DNA of 64,000 nucleotides from an uncultured bacterium. Lineage in GTDB: Bacteria; Hinthialibacterota; Hinthialibacteria; Hinthialibacterales; Hinthialibacteraceae. The stretch's first letter is position 1, and every line of letters starts with the position of its first letter. Below the pieces are notes generated by a model. The model did not search any database and was not told the DNA's origin. It saw only the letters and a program-made list of their open reading frames with translations. The stretch covers positions 2,946 through 66,945 of the forward strand of contig CAYQOX010000023.1 of NCBI GenBank assembly GCA_964419335.1, in the 5' to 3' direction. Positions 55,886-64,000 of the stretch are shown here, piece by piece. Made by a program: the position numbers and the translations under genes.

Positions 55886-57835
55886 TCACCCCACTTCTTC
55901 GATCGACTCCACCATTTTCTCCCATTGGGTATAGAGTTTTTCTTTATTCTTGAGGAGGGTTTTATAGCGTTTGTTCACTTTGGACATTTCATTGGGAGAA
56001 CGAATCAATTCACCCGAGGCTAACTTGGCCTCAATCTCTTCGATCTCCGCTTCCATCTCATGAATCTGCTTTTCAATGGCTTCGCATTTTTTCTCTTGCT
56101 CACGTCGGAGCCGGTTTATGCGATTACGCTCTTCTGCCTCACGGCGCTTTTGTTCTTTACGATCATTGCGCTTATTATTAGATTCTTCGGAGGTTTCTTC
56201 CGGAGATCCGATATCCTCTTGTTGGGCTTCTTGATACTGTTTCGCATACTGATAATCGGAGAATGTCCCTTTATAGATACGTAAATATCCACGATCCATC
56301 TCCCACACCTGGTTGGATAGCCGTTCGACAAAAAAGCGATCGTGAGAAACATAGATGATCGTCCCAGCGAATTGCTTCAGCGCATCTTCCAATATTTCCA
56401 CAGTGGAAATATCTAAGTGATTGAGGGGTTCGTCCATAATCAACACATTGATAGGACGGATTAACAACTTTGCCAAGGCAAGCCGGCTTTTTTCTCCTCC
56501 GCTGCATACCGCGACTTTCTTGAAGACATCATCTCCCCGAAAGAGAAACGCACCCAGCATATCCCGAAGCCGAGATTGCATTTCAGGGGGCGCGACATTG
56601 GAAAGTTCATCGATCAAGGAATTGGGAGAATCCTGCAACTCCGCATGGTGCTGCGAGAAAAACGCCGGGGAAACATTGTACCCCCATTTGACTTCACCCT
56701 CGGTCGGTTCCATCTCATGAGCCATAAGCGAAAGCAAGGTGCTCTTCCCTGCTCCGTTGGCTCCCCAGACCGCGATCCGATCACCGCGAAATACGGTGGC
56801 ATTGAGTTTATGTAAAGCCCGCACCGGACCATAACAATGCCCCACCTCTTTGAGCCAAAACACTTCTTTTCCGCTGCGCGGCACTTCCGGCATCGGAATC
56901 GCAACCGTACTGCTATCACTTTCAATTTCAATACGCTCCATTTTTTCCAAACGTTTAATTCGGGATTGGGCTTGGGAAGCCTTCGTATTTTTCGCACGAA
57001 AACGTTCGATAAACGATTCTAAATGGGCTATTTCACGGTCTTGGTTCTTTTTTTGGGCAAGCAGTTGTTGCCGCAATTCCTCTTTTTTGACCTTGTATGC
57101 GGAATAATTACCTTTGAACAAGCGAAATTTCCCCATGTCAATTTCTGCGATCTCGGTCGTTAGACGATCAAGGAAATAACGATCGTGACTGACAATCACT
57201 AGACCCGCTTCGCTGTTCATCAAATATTGCTCAAACCAAGCCAGGGACTCAGGATCCAAATGGTTCGTCGGTTCGTCGAGCAGAAGAATATCGGGCTTTT
57301 CAAGCAAGAGCTTCGCTAAAAGCACCCGCATGCGCCAGCCCCCGCTGAATTCAGCCACCGGCCGTTCCCAATCCTCATGAGAAAATCCCAAGCCGGTCAT
57401 AATTTTCTTTGCTTCCGACTCGCGGCTGTATCCCCCCCCGTGGCGGAATTTTTCTTCCAATACACCATAACGTTTCACCTCACGCTCGTACTTGGGATCC
57501 TCGGTAGAAGTCGATTCGATTACCCTCATGGCTTGGCGCATTTGATCTTCCATATGATTTAACGAATCAAAAGCCTGCCATAACACATCACAAACCCGCT
57601 CGCGCGGCAATTCAGTACTATCCTGCGGGAGATAGCCAATCTTCAAATTTTTAGCGATCTCGCGCTCTCCCTCTTCGAGCGTATATTCCCCCACAATCAC
57701 ACGCAGCAAGGAGGTTTTCCCAGAGCCGTTAGGTCCAACCAAACCGATACGGTCTCCCATATCGATGCGCCAAGACAACTCTGAAAATAATAAATTACCA
57801 CCGACTCGAAGTTGAGCATTTTGTAAGACAATCAT
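55886..57835 (-). CDS. ABC-F family ATPase (two ABC domains, C-terminal coiled coil; Uup/EttA-like)
   Basis: 649 aa. Two Walker A motifs (GPNGSGKTS, GANGAGKST) and two LSGG signatures (FSGGWRMR, CSGGEKSR). No TM domain. Confidence 0.92.
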   Translation of the reverse strand: MIVLQNAQLRVGGNLLFSELSWRIDMGDRIGLVGPNGSGKTSLLRVIVGEYTLEEGEREIAKNLKIGYLPQDSTELPRERVCDVLWQAFDSLNHMEDQMRQAMRVIESTSTEDPKYEREVKRYGVLEEKFRHGGGYSRESEAKKIMTGLGFSHEDWERPVAEFSGGWRMRVLLAKLLLEKPDILLLDEPTNHLDPESLAWFEQYLMNSEAGLVIVSHDRYFLDRLTTEIAEIDMGKFRLFKGNYSAYKVKKEELRQQLLAQKKNQDREIAHLESFIERFRAKNTKASQAQSRIKRLEKMERIEIESDSSTVAIPMPEVPRSGKEVFWLKEVGHCYGPVRALHKLNATVFRGDRIAVWGANGAGKSTLLSLMAHEMEPTEGEVKWGYNVSPAFFSQHHAELQDSPNSLIDELSNVAPPEMQSRLRDMLGAFLFRGDDVFKKVAVCSGGEKSRLALAKLLIRPINVLIMDEPLNHLDISTVEILEDALKQFAGTIIYVSHDRFFVERLSNQVWEMDRGYLRIYKGTFSDYQYAKQYQEAQQEDIGSPEETSEESNNKRNDRKEQKRREAEERNRINRLRREQEKKCEAIEKQIHEMEAEIEEIEAKLASGELIRSPNEMSKVNKRYKTLLKNKEKLYTQWEKMVESIEEVG

Positions 57836-57922
57836 AAAACCAACCGTGTTAATTGAATGGAGTTAAAGAAAGTATAACGGCTAATGAGAGTATTGCCAAA
57901 ATTCACTTTGTGATATCTGCTC

Positions 57923-59098
57923 TTACTTTTGTGATGCCGTCTTTATTGAAACCTCTTGGTAGAGTGAATCGATCTCCTCCATTAGGCGTTGAGAAGAAAA
58001 CTTGCGTATCGTTTCATCCTGAGCGTTTTTCCCCATGGTTTTGGTCTTTTCAGGATCCGCGACGGCTTTGATAATCCCATCTGCGACAGAATCAGGATTT
58101 TCCTTTTCTACAATGTATCCGTTTTTCCCTTCTTCAATAAGTTCGGGAACCCCACCTACCTCAGTAGCCACCACCGCCTTCCCTGAGGCAAGTGACTCAA
58201 TGACCGTCACCGGCAATCCTTCATTGCCGGAGGTTAGGACCGTAAGATCAAATGCCGCATACACGCGCTCGGGATCATTACGAAATCCACAGAAAATACA
58301 GCAATGAGCAATATTTAACCGCTGCGCGAGTTGCTCCAACGATTCGCGTAACTCGCCATCGCCCACAATAACAAAGTAAGTTTCGGGGTATTCACGCAGT
58401 ACTTTGGGAACGGCCTGAAATAACACTTCATGCCGCTTTATAGGAACTAAACGCGCCACGATCCCGACCACAAAAGCCTCTTGGGGGATCTCATATTGCT
58501 GACGTACGATTTGACGCACTTCTTCCTCATCGGGAAGCCGAAACTTTTCCAGCTCTAATCCGAGATAAATCGTTCGCAACGATTCATCAGTGCCTATATT
58601 ATACCGTAAGAGATCCTGACGGCAGCACTCACTCACTGTGATCACCCGGGAACAGCGCCGGGCAAGAAAACGTTCGATCGAGCGAAAAAACGAATTTTTC
58701 CAGGAACTAAAATACCCATGCAACACATGCCCATGAAAAGTGTGTATGATCACCGGCACCCCAGCCAACCAAGCCGCCAAACGCCCCACAGTCCCTGCCT
58801 TCGCCGTATGGGTATGAACAATATCCGGCTTCTCACGCCGTATTAGCCAATACAATTTCCATAAAGTGATAAGATCCCGCAAAGGATGCAATTCCCTTCC
58901 CAGGCTAGGAACCATGAGCGGTTCCACCCCTTTTTCCCGGGCGAGGGATAGCATATTCCCCTCTTTTGGACCTTCTTTGCCAGTAACAAGAATTGATTCA
59001 TAACGCTCAGAATTGAGCATGGATGTGAGCAAAATGACATGAATCGCCGGCCCGCCTATATTGAGGCGGGCAATCATCCGCATAACTTTCTTTTTCAT
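57923..59098 (-). CDS. glycosyltransferase family 4 (GT-B fold)
   Basis: 391 aa. N-terminal GGPAIHV. C-terminal E(x7)E-type region SGNEGLPVTVIESLASGKAVVAT. Confidence 0.87.
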   Translation of the reverse strand: MKKKVMRMIARLNIGGPAIHVILLTSMLNSERYESILVTGKEGPKEGNMLSLAREKGVEPLMVPSLGRELHPLRDLITLWKLYWLIRREKPDIVHTHTAKAGTVGRLAAWLAGVPVIIHTFHGHVLHGYFSSWKNSFFRSIERFLARRCSRVITVSECCRQDLLRYNIGTDESLRTIYLGLELEKFRLPDEEEVRQIVRQQYEIPQEAFVVGIVARLVPIKRHEVLFQAVPKVLREYPETYFVIVGDGELRESLEQLAQRLNIAHCCIFCGFRNDPERVYAAFDLTVLTSGNEGLPVTVIESLASGKAVVATEVGGVPELIEEGKNGYIVEKENPDSVADGIIKAVADPEKTKTMGKNAQDETIRKFSSQRLMEEIDSLYQEVSIKTASQK

Positions 59099-59244
59099 TG
59101 TCTTGTCCTGGATGAATTCAAGGTTTAAAAACAGTCTTCATTATAGTGAGAAAGCGACAAGGACAAATAGGTAGAAAGTTTGAATTATTTTTATGGTATG
59201 AATTATACAAAATGTTGCGAAAAAATCTTCATAAAAATGAGCGA

Positions 59245-60288
59245 TTAATAGTACCCTTGTTTTTTCTTCTGATGATAAAGGGCTTTGGCATACGCTTGTA
59301 AGTCGCTCACGATATCGTATTCGTCCACAATTTCTTTCCCCACAATTTCTTCAATAATATCCTCCATCGTCACCAGCCCTTTAAAGACCCCATATTCATC
59401 TACCACGGCATAAATCGGATCACGGGTTTCTATCATGGTTACAAAAAGTTTATCCAACGAAGTGGTTTCGGGAACGATTTTAATAGGACGCATTAGTTCG
59501 GAAACCCTCAACTCTTCTTCCCCTTGTAACATAGAACGAAATACATCGCGCTGATGGATATAGCCCTTAACCACATCGGGATTTTCTTTTTCATGCAACG
59601 GAATTCTGGTTTGGTTCCACTCTAAAACGGAATCTTTGATATCCTTCAAACAGGTATCTTCTGAAAGAACAAACACCACCGGCCGCGGGGTTAAAACTTT
59701 CGAAACCGATACCCGATCAAGCAGGATAATATTACGGATCACGGAACTTTCCAGGGTATCCAATACTCCCTCTCTTCCGCCAATTTTGGCAAGAGAAAGG
59801 ATTTCTTGAACCGAAACACTTGCATCGTTGGAAACATTTTTGATCAAGTTCGATACCCAGTTAGTCGTAACGATCATGGGATAAAACATTCTGATCATCC
59901 AGGCTAAAGGCTGAGAAATCAAAAGCGAGGCGGAGCGATAAAAGACAGCCCCTAATTGTTTAGGAATAATTTCACTGAAATAGAGAATCAGCAAAGTAAA
60001 AATTAAAGAAAACCACAAGAGCATTTGCTCTCCATAGATCTTATCTACCAAGGCCCCTGAGACAGCCGCACCTACCGTATGGGAAATGGTGTTAAGAATA
60101 AGGATGGCAGAGATGGGAGAACTCACATCACGCTTAAAATTCAAGAGGAGCTTTCCCATACGTTTGCCTTGATCCGCCATCGACTGAGCATAACTTAACG
60201 GGGCGGTAAGCAAAGCCGCTTCCATTAATGAACACAAAAAGGAAATGCCGAGCGAGAGAACAATAACCGTAATTAATAGAGTTACCAT
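59245..60288 (-). CDS. CNNM/DUF21 transmembrane domain protein with CBS pair (CorB/TlyC-like)
   Basis: 347 aa. 4 TM helices (DUF21) then two CBS motifs. No CorC_HlyC C-terminal domain evident. Confidence 0.82.
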   Translation of the reverse strand: MVTLLITVIVLSLGISFLCSLMEAALLTAPLSYAQSMADQGKRMGKLLLNFKRDVSSPISAILILNTISHTVGAAVSGALVDKIYGEQMLLWFSLIFTLLILYFSEIIPKQLGAVFYRSASLLISQPLAWMIRMFYPMIVTTNWVSNLIKNVSNDASVSVQEILSLAKIGGREGVLDTLESSVIRNIILLDRVSVSKVLTPRPVVFVLSEDTCLKDIKDSVLEWNQTRIPLHEKENPDVVKGYIHQRDVFRSMLQGEEELRVSELMRPIKIVPETTSLDKLFVTMIETRDPIYAVVDEYGVFKGLVTMEDIIEEIVGKEIVDEYDIVSDLQAYAKALYHQKKKQGYY

Positions 60289-60396
60289 GATAATATATTT
60301 TTAGCATCCGATGTTTTAAGGATGAAATCCCATTCCGCTAAAATTTTTAATAGAATGCACCCCACTCTTTGAACACCAATAAAAAATAATAAGATA

Positions 60397-62106
60397 CTAC
60401 CGCGGCCACACACGCGGCCACGCCGTGGGGATGCCTTGATTACGTAGCCAGGATTGAAAGTCTCGTAAGCGTTTTTCGGTATTTCGAATCCCACGTGGCG
60501 TCTCTTTTTGCTTTATCGCTTGGGCAACCAACATCCCTGCCGCTTCTCCTATATTCCATTCCACCGGATGCAAACGATAACAACCATTGGTGATATGAGT
60601 TACGCCAAGATTTTTACATACCGGGATGAGGTTTTCCATACGCTGTGGAATGAACGCCCCCAAGGGGATTTGAAAAGGGAGGCAACTAATGTCGATGTAA
60701 TTATCTCCCCCGGTGCTTGGATGAAGATCGATACGATAACTGCCAATGCCTACCGAATCGGAAAAGGATTCGGCCTGCACTTCTTCTTTGCTCTTTCCAG
60801 TGATTTCCATTCGAGCCTCTGTCCCCACATGATGCTCTACCACCGTAAACTCAGCCCGAATCCGGCGAGATTCCCGAATATAGGGGAACTTAGCCAATCC
60901 ATGACGAGTCCCTAATAAATCACCACGCAAACGTAAGCCCGGCCAACCGGTTCCCCCGTCTTCACGAGGCGCCTCGGTCTGCATCCAATAAAGCAACGAG
61001 TAGCTTAATTGCATGGCACGATCCAGATTGCGCTGATACTCCTCTTCCGACACTTCGCACAAATTGCCCAGCATAAAATCATTCTGCGGCCAATTGACAA
61101 GAGTAATATCGCTTGGATAAAAACCTTCCGCAAAATGCTTCTTATAGGCGATCCGTCGATAGCGCCAAAAACCTCCATATTCATTTTGGCTCTCGCGAAT
61201 GGGATCACAATACAAAGTACGCGGCTCCAGAGTAACCGGGTGGGAATAAGTCCAATCAAGTAGTTTTCCCGGCCATTCCGGTTCTACATCCGGCACATAA
61301 GAACGCCAAAAATCATAGTCCCGAGGCTTCTCAATGGTATGGTCTTCATCAGGCATATAATCCATGGCAAAACACCACGTGAAGGCCTGCATGTTATGAG
61401 GCTGGGCTTCCGATGGGGCATGCTTCTCTTCTGTTTCTTTTTGCGATTCAAAACCTGTCACATACTCAGTGCCCGTCAAAGGAAGCAACTCACCCATTTC
61501 TGTCGCATCAAAAAAGTAGGGCGCTCTTAAAACAAGCGCCTCCCCTTCCTGCGAATGCACTAACACCGATTTGACCCGATCGCCATCGACTTCGGCCGCC
61601 GAGGCTGCATGATTCAGCAAAAGAATGCATTGACGATTGCTGATATAAGGAGCCAATTCGTTCTGCAACACCGCCAAGGATATTCGCGGTTCATGGCACA
61701 AACGTGATACCGACCCCTGACCGGGGTTTAATTCTTCATTGTGCCGAGCTTCAGGAGTGAGGGGATAATGGCGCCGATAATACTCACGGACTTTATTGCG
61801 AAAAGAAAGATAACTTTTCGTCCCGCCAAAGGTTTCAATCCAAGGATTCTCATCTGGCGGCACTCCTTGTTGAGTCAACTGCCCGCCAATCCAGTCGGTG
61901 GGCTCAGTCATAATGACCGACAACCCATTCCGCAGTGCAGCTAAAGCCGCCGCGCATCCACCAACCCCTGCTCCAATAATCACAAGATCAGCCTGGAGTT
62001 CATCTCCAAATCCTCCAGCGTCGGCTTCTTTCAATGAAGAATTAAAAAGGACTCCTCCCAAAAGGGCTCCCGTAGAAGCTGTCGATAAGAAAGTTCGTCG
62101 ATCCAT
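60397..62106 (-). CDS. FAD-dependent oxidoreductase with twin-arginine signal
   Basis: 569 aa. MDRRTFLSTAS TAT motif. LVIIGAGVGGCAAALAA dinucleotide-binding motif. Confidence 0.85.
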   Translation of the reverse strand: MDRRTFLSTASTGALLGGVLFNSSLKEADAGGFGDELQADLVIIGAGVGGCAAALAALRNGLSVIMTEPTDWIGGQLTQQGVPPDENPWIETFGGTKSYLSFRNKVREYYRRHYPLTPEARHNEELNPGQGSVSRLCHEPRISLAVLQNELAPYISNRQCILLLNHAASAAEVDGDRVKSVLVHSQEGEALVLRAPYFFDATEMGELLPLTGTEYVTGFESQKETEEKHAPSEAQPHNMQAFTWCFAMDYMPDEDHTIEKPRDYDFWRSYVPDVEPEWPGKLLDWTYSHPVTLEPRTLYCDPIRESQNEYGGFWRYRRIAYKKHFAEGFYPSDITLVNWPQNDFMLGNLCEVSEEEYQRNLDRAMQLSYSLLYWMQTEAPREDGGTGWPGLRLRGDLLGTRHGLAKFPYIRESRRIRAEFTVVEHHVGTEARMEITGKSKEEVQAESFSDSVGIGSYRIDLHPSTGGDNYIDISCLPFQIPLGAFIPQRMENLIPVCKNLGVTHITNGCYRLHPVEWNIGEAAGMLVAQAIKQKETPRGIRNTEKRLRDFQSWLRNQGIPTAWPRVWPR

Positions 62107-62150
62107 ATTTCCCTCTCTCTATGTGTTCATACATAATTAACATAATTTGA

Positions 62151-63380
62151 TTATTCGGGACGTAATTTCCATTGCGTTTTTTGTATATCAAAAGTAATCC
62201 CCCAGCGCACTTCCAACGGATCGAAAGGATCGGAGGAATAACGGCGCGCCATAAAAGCCTCTAAAAGAAGTGTCGACTCAACCGCTGGGTATTCTTGATC
62301 CACCCGGATAGCATAGCGCTCCAATTCTTTCTCAAAGAACGCTCGAGAAATTCCATAGCCCCCAAACATAAGCCAAAGTCGATCTAAAAACTCATGCAAT
62401 TCCTGATCCATGCTGGATGTTGTATATTGGTTAACCAGGGAGGAAGATGGTTGTTTGGCTTTCAACCGATGTAAGGTATGACGAGCGTGTTCGAGAGCAT
62501 TGACCCGTTGGACAAAGAAATCAATCAATTCGCGTGCTTTCTGTTCAACAATCCGAGTTTTATCAAACGGCTCTTCATGGAGTTGTTCATAAGCAAGCCG
62601 GTTGAGATACTTCCCAATTTTGTTGCGAAAAGGAAATTCTGGATCATATTGCTCGCGAGAGTACCACGGCATTTCTTTTTCAGGTAAATACACCCACTCT
62701 CCATCGACTTCCACGGGTGTTTTCCAATAAACGACTCCGCTGTGGTGAGTTTCAATATCCGGCCCATAAAGATGAACACCATTATTATGATTAACTTGAA
62801 TAATCCTTCTTCCCGGCATAAAAGATTCAAAATAAGCAATAGGAACAACCGTATCTTTGCGAATTCGCGCAATGGTAACTACGTGTGCGGCCACCAAATC
62901 TTCATAGATCATAACCCCGGGGCACAGGGATTCCGGAGTGATCGCAATCGGATAGGTGTCATAATGAAGTGTCCGAGTGCTAACTACGTCGCGAAATAAG
63001 TCGCCCATAAACTCTTGAAAGCGCTCGTCCCTTTCCCATTGCCTGTGTGAAGGCAAATGATCCCAGTCAGTCGAAAAATGTCCGTACTTTTTTCCATCTT
63101 TATCATGGGCAAGAAAAGGAAGACCCTCTTTGCGTGCATAAATCGCCCTAAAAGCATAGGCAAGATCGGCACAATCGGCTTTTTTCCTTAGAGGAACAAT
63201 TAAATCTTCATGGACTTCATTCTCTATCCAACGCGTGTAAGCGTGTTCCTCCCGAAGAGACCATTCTTTTTCCACGATCCACACATCCCCATAAGAGGGA
63301 GACCCAACTAGACCAACATGAACAACCAAGAGTAACCCCATCAACAAAAAACCATTAACTCTCATCATCGAATTCAACAT
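62151..63380 (-). CDS. secreted hypothetical protein (two-domain; paralog of the next gene)
   Basis: 409 aa. Signal peptide. N-terminal domain with a conserved-looking Cys (ADCADLAYAFRAIYA) and His (AAHVVTIA). C-terminal domain ends RWGITFDIQKTQWKL. Confidence 0.65.
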   Translation of the reverse strand: MLNSMMRVNGFLLMGLLLVVHVGLVGSPSYGDVWIVEKEWSLREEHAYTRWIENEVHEDLIVPLRKKADCADLAYAFRAIYARKEGLPFLAHDKDGKKYGHFSTDWDHLPSHRQWERDERFQEFMGDLFRDVVSTRTLHYDTYPIAITPESLCPGVMIYEDLVAAHVVTIARIRKDTVVPIAYFESFMPGRRIIQVNHNNGVHLYGPDIETHHSGVVYWKTPVEVDGEWVYLPEKEMPWYSREQYDPEFPFRNKIGKYLNRLAYEQLHEEPFDKTRIVEQKARELIDFFVQRVNALEHARHTLHRLKAKQPSSSLVNQYTTSSMDQELHEFLDRLWLMFGGYGISRAFFEKELERYAIRVDQEYPAVESTLLLEAFMARRYSSDPFDPLEVRWGITFDIQKTQWKLRPE

Positions 63381-64000
63381 AATTCTCGTGCATAATGGGT
63401 TTGCTTGTTACCATATCATAACGCGGTAATAAATCTTCAATCGTATGCTCTTTATTAAAAATCCACTGTTTTTTCTCTTGATCCCACTGCATTCCCCAGC
63501 GTTTTTCGACACGCGCATAAGCATCCGAATGAATCCAACGATTATCCACCGTAATAAACAAATAGTATAAGTTCACATCAGGGAGAGAGGGAGAGATAGA
63601 GATAAAAATACTCTGCATCGCTTGAAACAATCGCCGTCGGGGAATCTCATATTCGTTGACCGCATGCCAAATCTGACGAATGAGTTTAAATAAACGGTCA
63701 TCCCGCGATTCTGTGTTATATTCATAATCAAAGCCATCAGACTGGAAATCTTCGGGGTTCTTTTCCAAAATGGATTGGGCTTCACGCACAATCTGGGCCC
63801 GATACTCAACCTCTTCCTCAAAGATAGTAACCAATTCTTGAATATAATCCGATAGGCTCATCCGCTCTGCTTTTGAAGCACTTTTGGCGATTTGATTTAA
63901 AGGCTTACTTAAAGACTGCCGATAGGGATAATCTTCCTCATAAAGTTCCAAGGAATAATACGGCATTTCCTCGTCGGCCACCTGGGTCCAACGGCCATTC
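63355..64000 (-). CDS. hypothetical protein, paralog of 62151-63380 (5' end outside the window)
   Basis: Reading frame open to the window edge. MPYYSLELY...RWGMQWDQEKKQWIF parallels MPWYSREQY...RWGITFDIQKTQWKL in the neighbour. Confidence 0.6.
   Translation of the reverse strand, partial: NGRWTQVADEEMPYYSLELYEEDYPYRQSLSKPLNQIAKSASKAERMSLSDYIQELVTIFEEEVEYRAQIVREAQSILEKNPEDFQSDGFDYEYNTESRDDRLFKLIRQIWHAVNEYEIPRRRLFQAMQSIFISISPSLPDVNLYYLFITVDNRWIHSDAYARVEKRWGMQWDQEKKQWIFNKEHTIEDLLPRYDMVTSKPIMHENYVEFDDES

Noticed and set aside
1-64000. Mobile elements, prophage, defence islands, tRNA/rRNA genes
   Set aside because: No transposase, integrase, recombinase, phage structural, restriction-modification, toxin-antitoxin or Cas-like ORFs were seen. 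No cloverleaf-like or rRNA-like sequence appears in the intergenic regions inspected.

Overview
Gene-dense, moderately AT-rich chromosomal segment from a diderm bacterium. I cannot place it to phylum from sequence alone. TAT-signal Gfo/Idh/MocA and FAD oxidoreductases, DUF2723/GT-C membrane proteins and orphan prepilin-like proteins hint at an uncultivated PVC/FCB-like lineage, with low confidence. Housekeeping content: recF, sixA, rpe, pdxJ, cdaA-cdaR, folP, ftsH, ileS-lspA-lgt, pgeF, hpt, an ABC-F ATPase and a larA homolog. Envelope content: three adjacent GT-C-type membrane glycosyltransferase/O-antigen-ligase genes at 10.6-15.8 kb, a fourth GT-C gene at 37.9 kb and a GT4. A complete T2SS-like operon runs gspE-F-G-H-I-J-K-L(PilM/N fusion)-M-C/PilP-like-D at 43.3-55.4 kb on the minus strand. 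A motility/signalling island lies at 22.9-31.5 kb. It holds a PilZ-STAS-REC protein, a 1,230-aa globin-coupled hybrid histidine kinase and an 860-aa 'giant' flagellin. No tRNA, rRNA, CRISPR array, transposase or integrase was seen. The most unusual part is the 1.1-kb non-coding region upstream of the flagellin gene (30444-31543). It holds two tandem ~280-bp modules, each bracketed by a convergent pair of near-consensus sigma-28 promoters. It also holds three copies of a conserved structured 44-45-nt core, an orphan perfect Shine-Dalgarno sequence and a strong minus-strand terminator. I read this as a candidate sigma-28-driven sense/antisense small-RNA circuit acting on flagellin expression. 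All transcript ends and functions there are inferred, not demonstrated.
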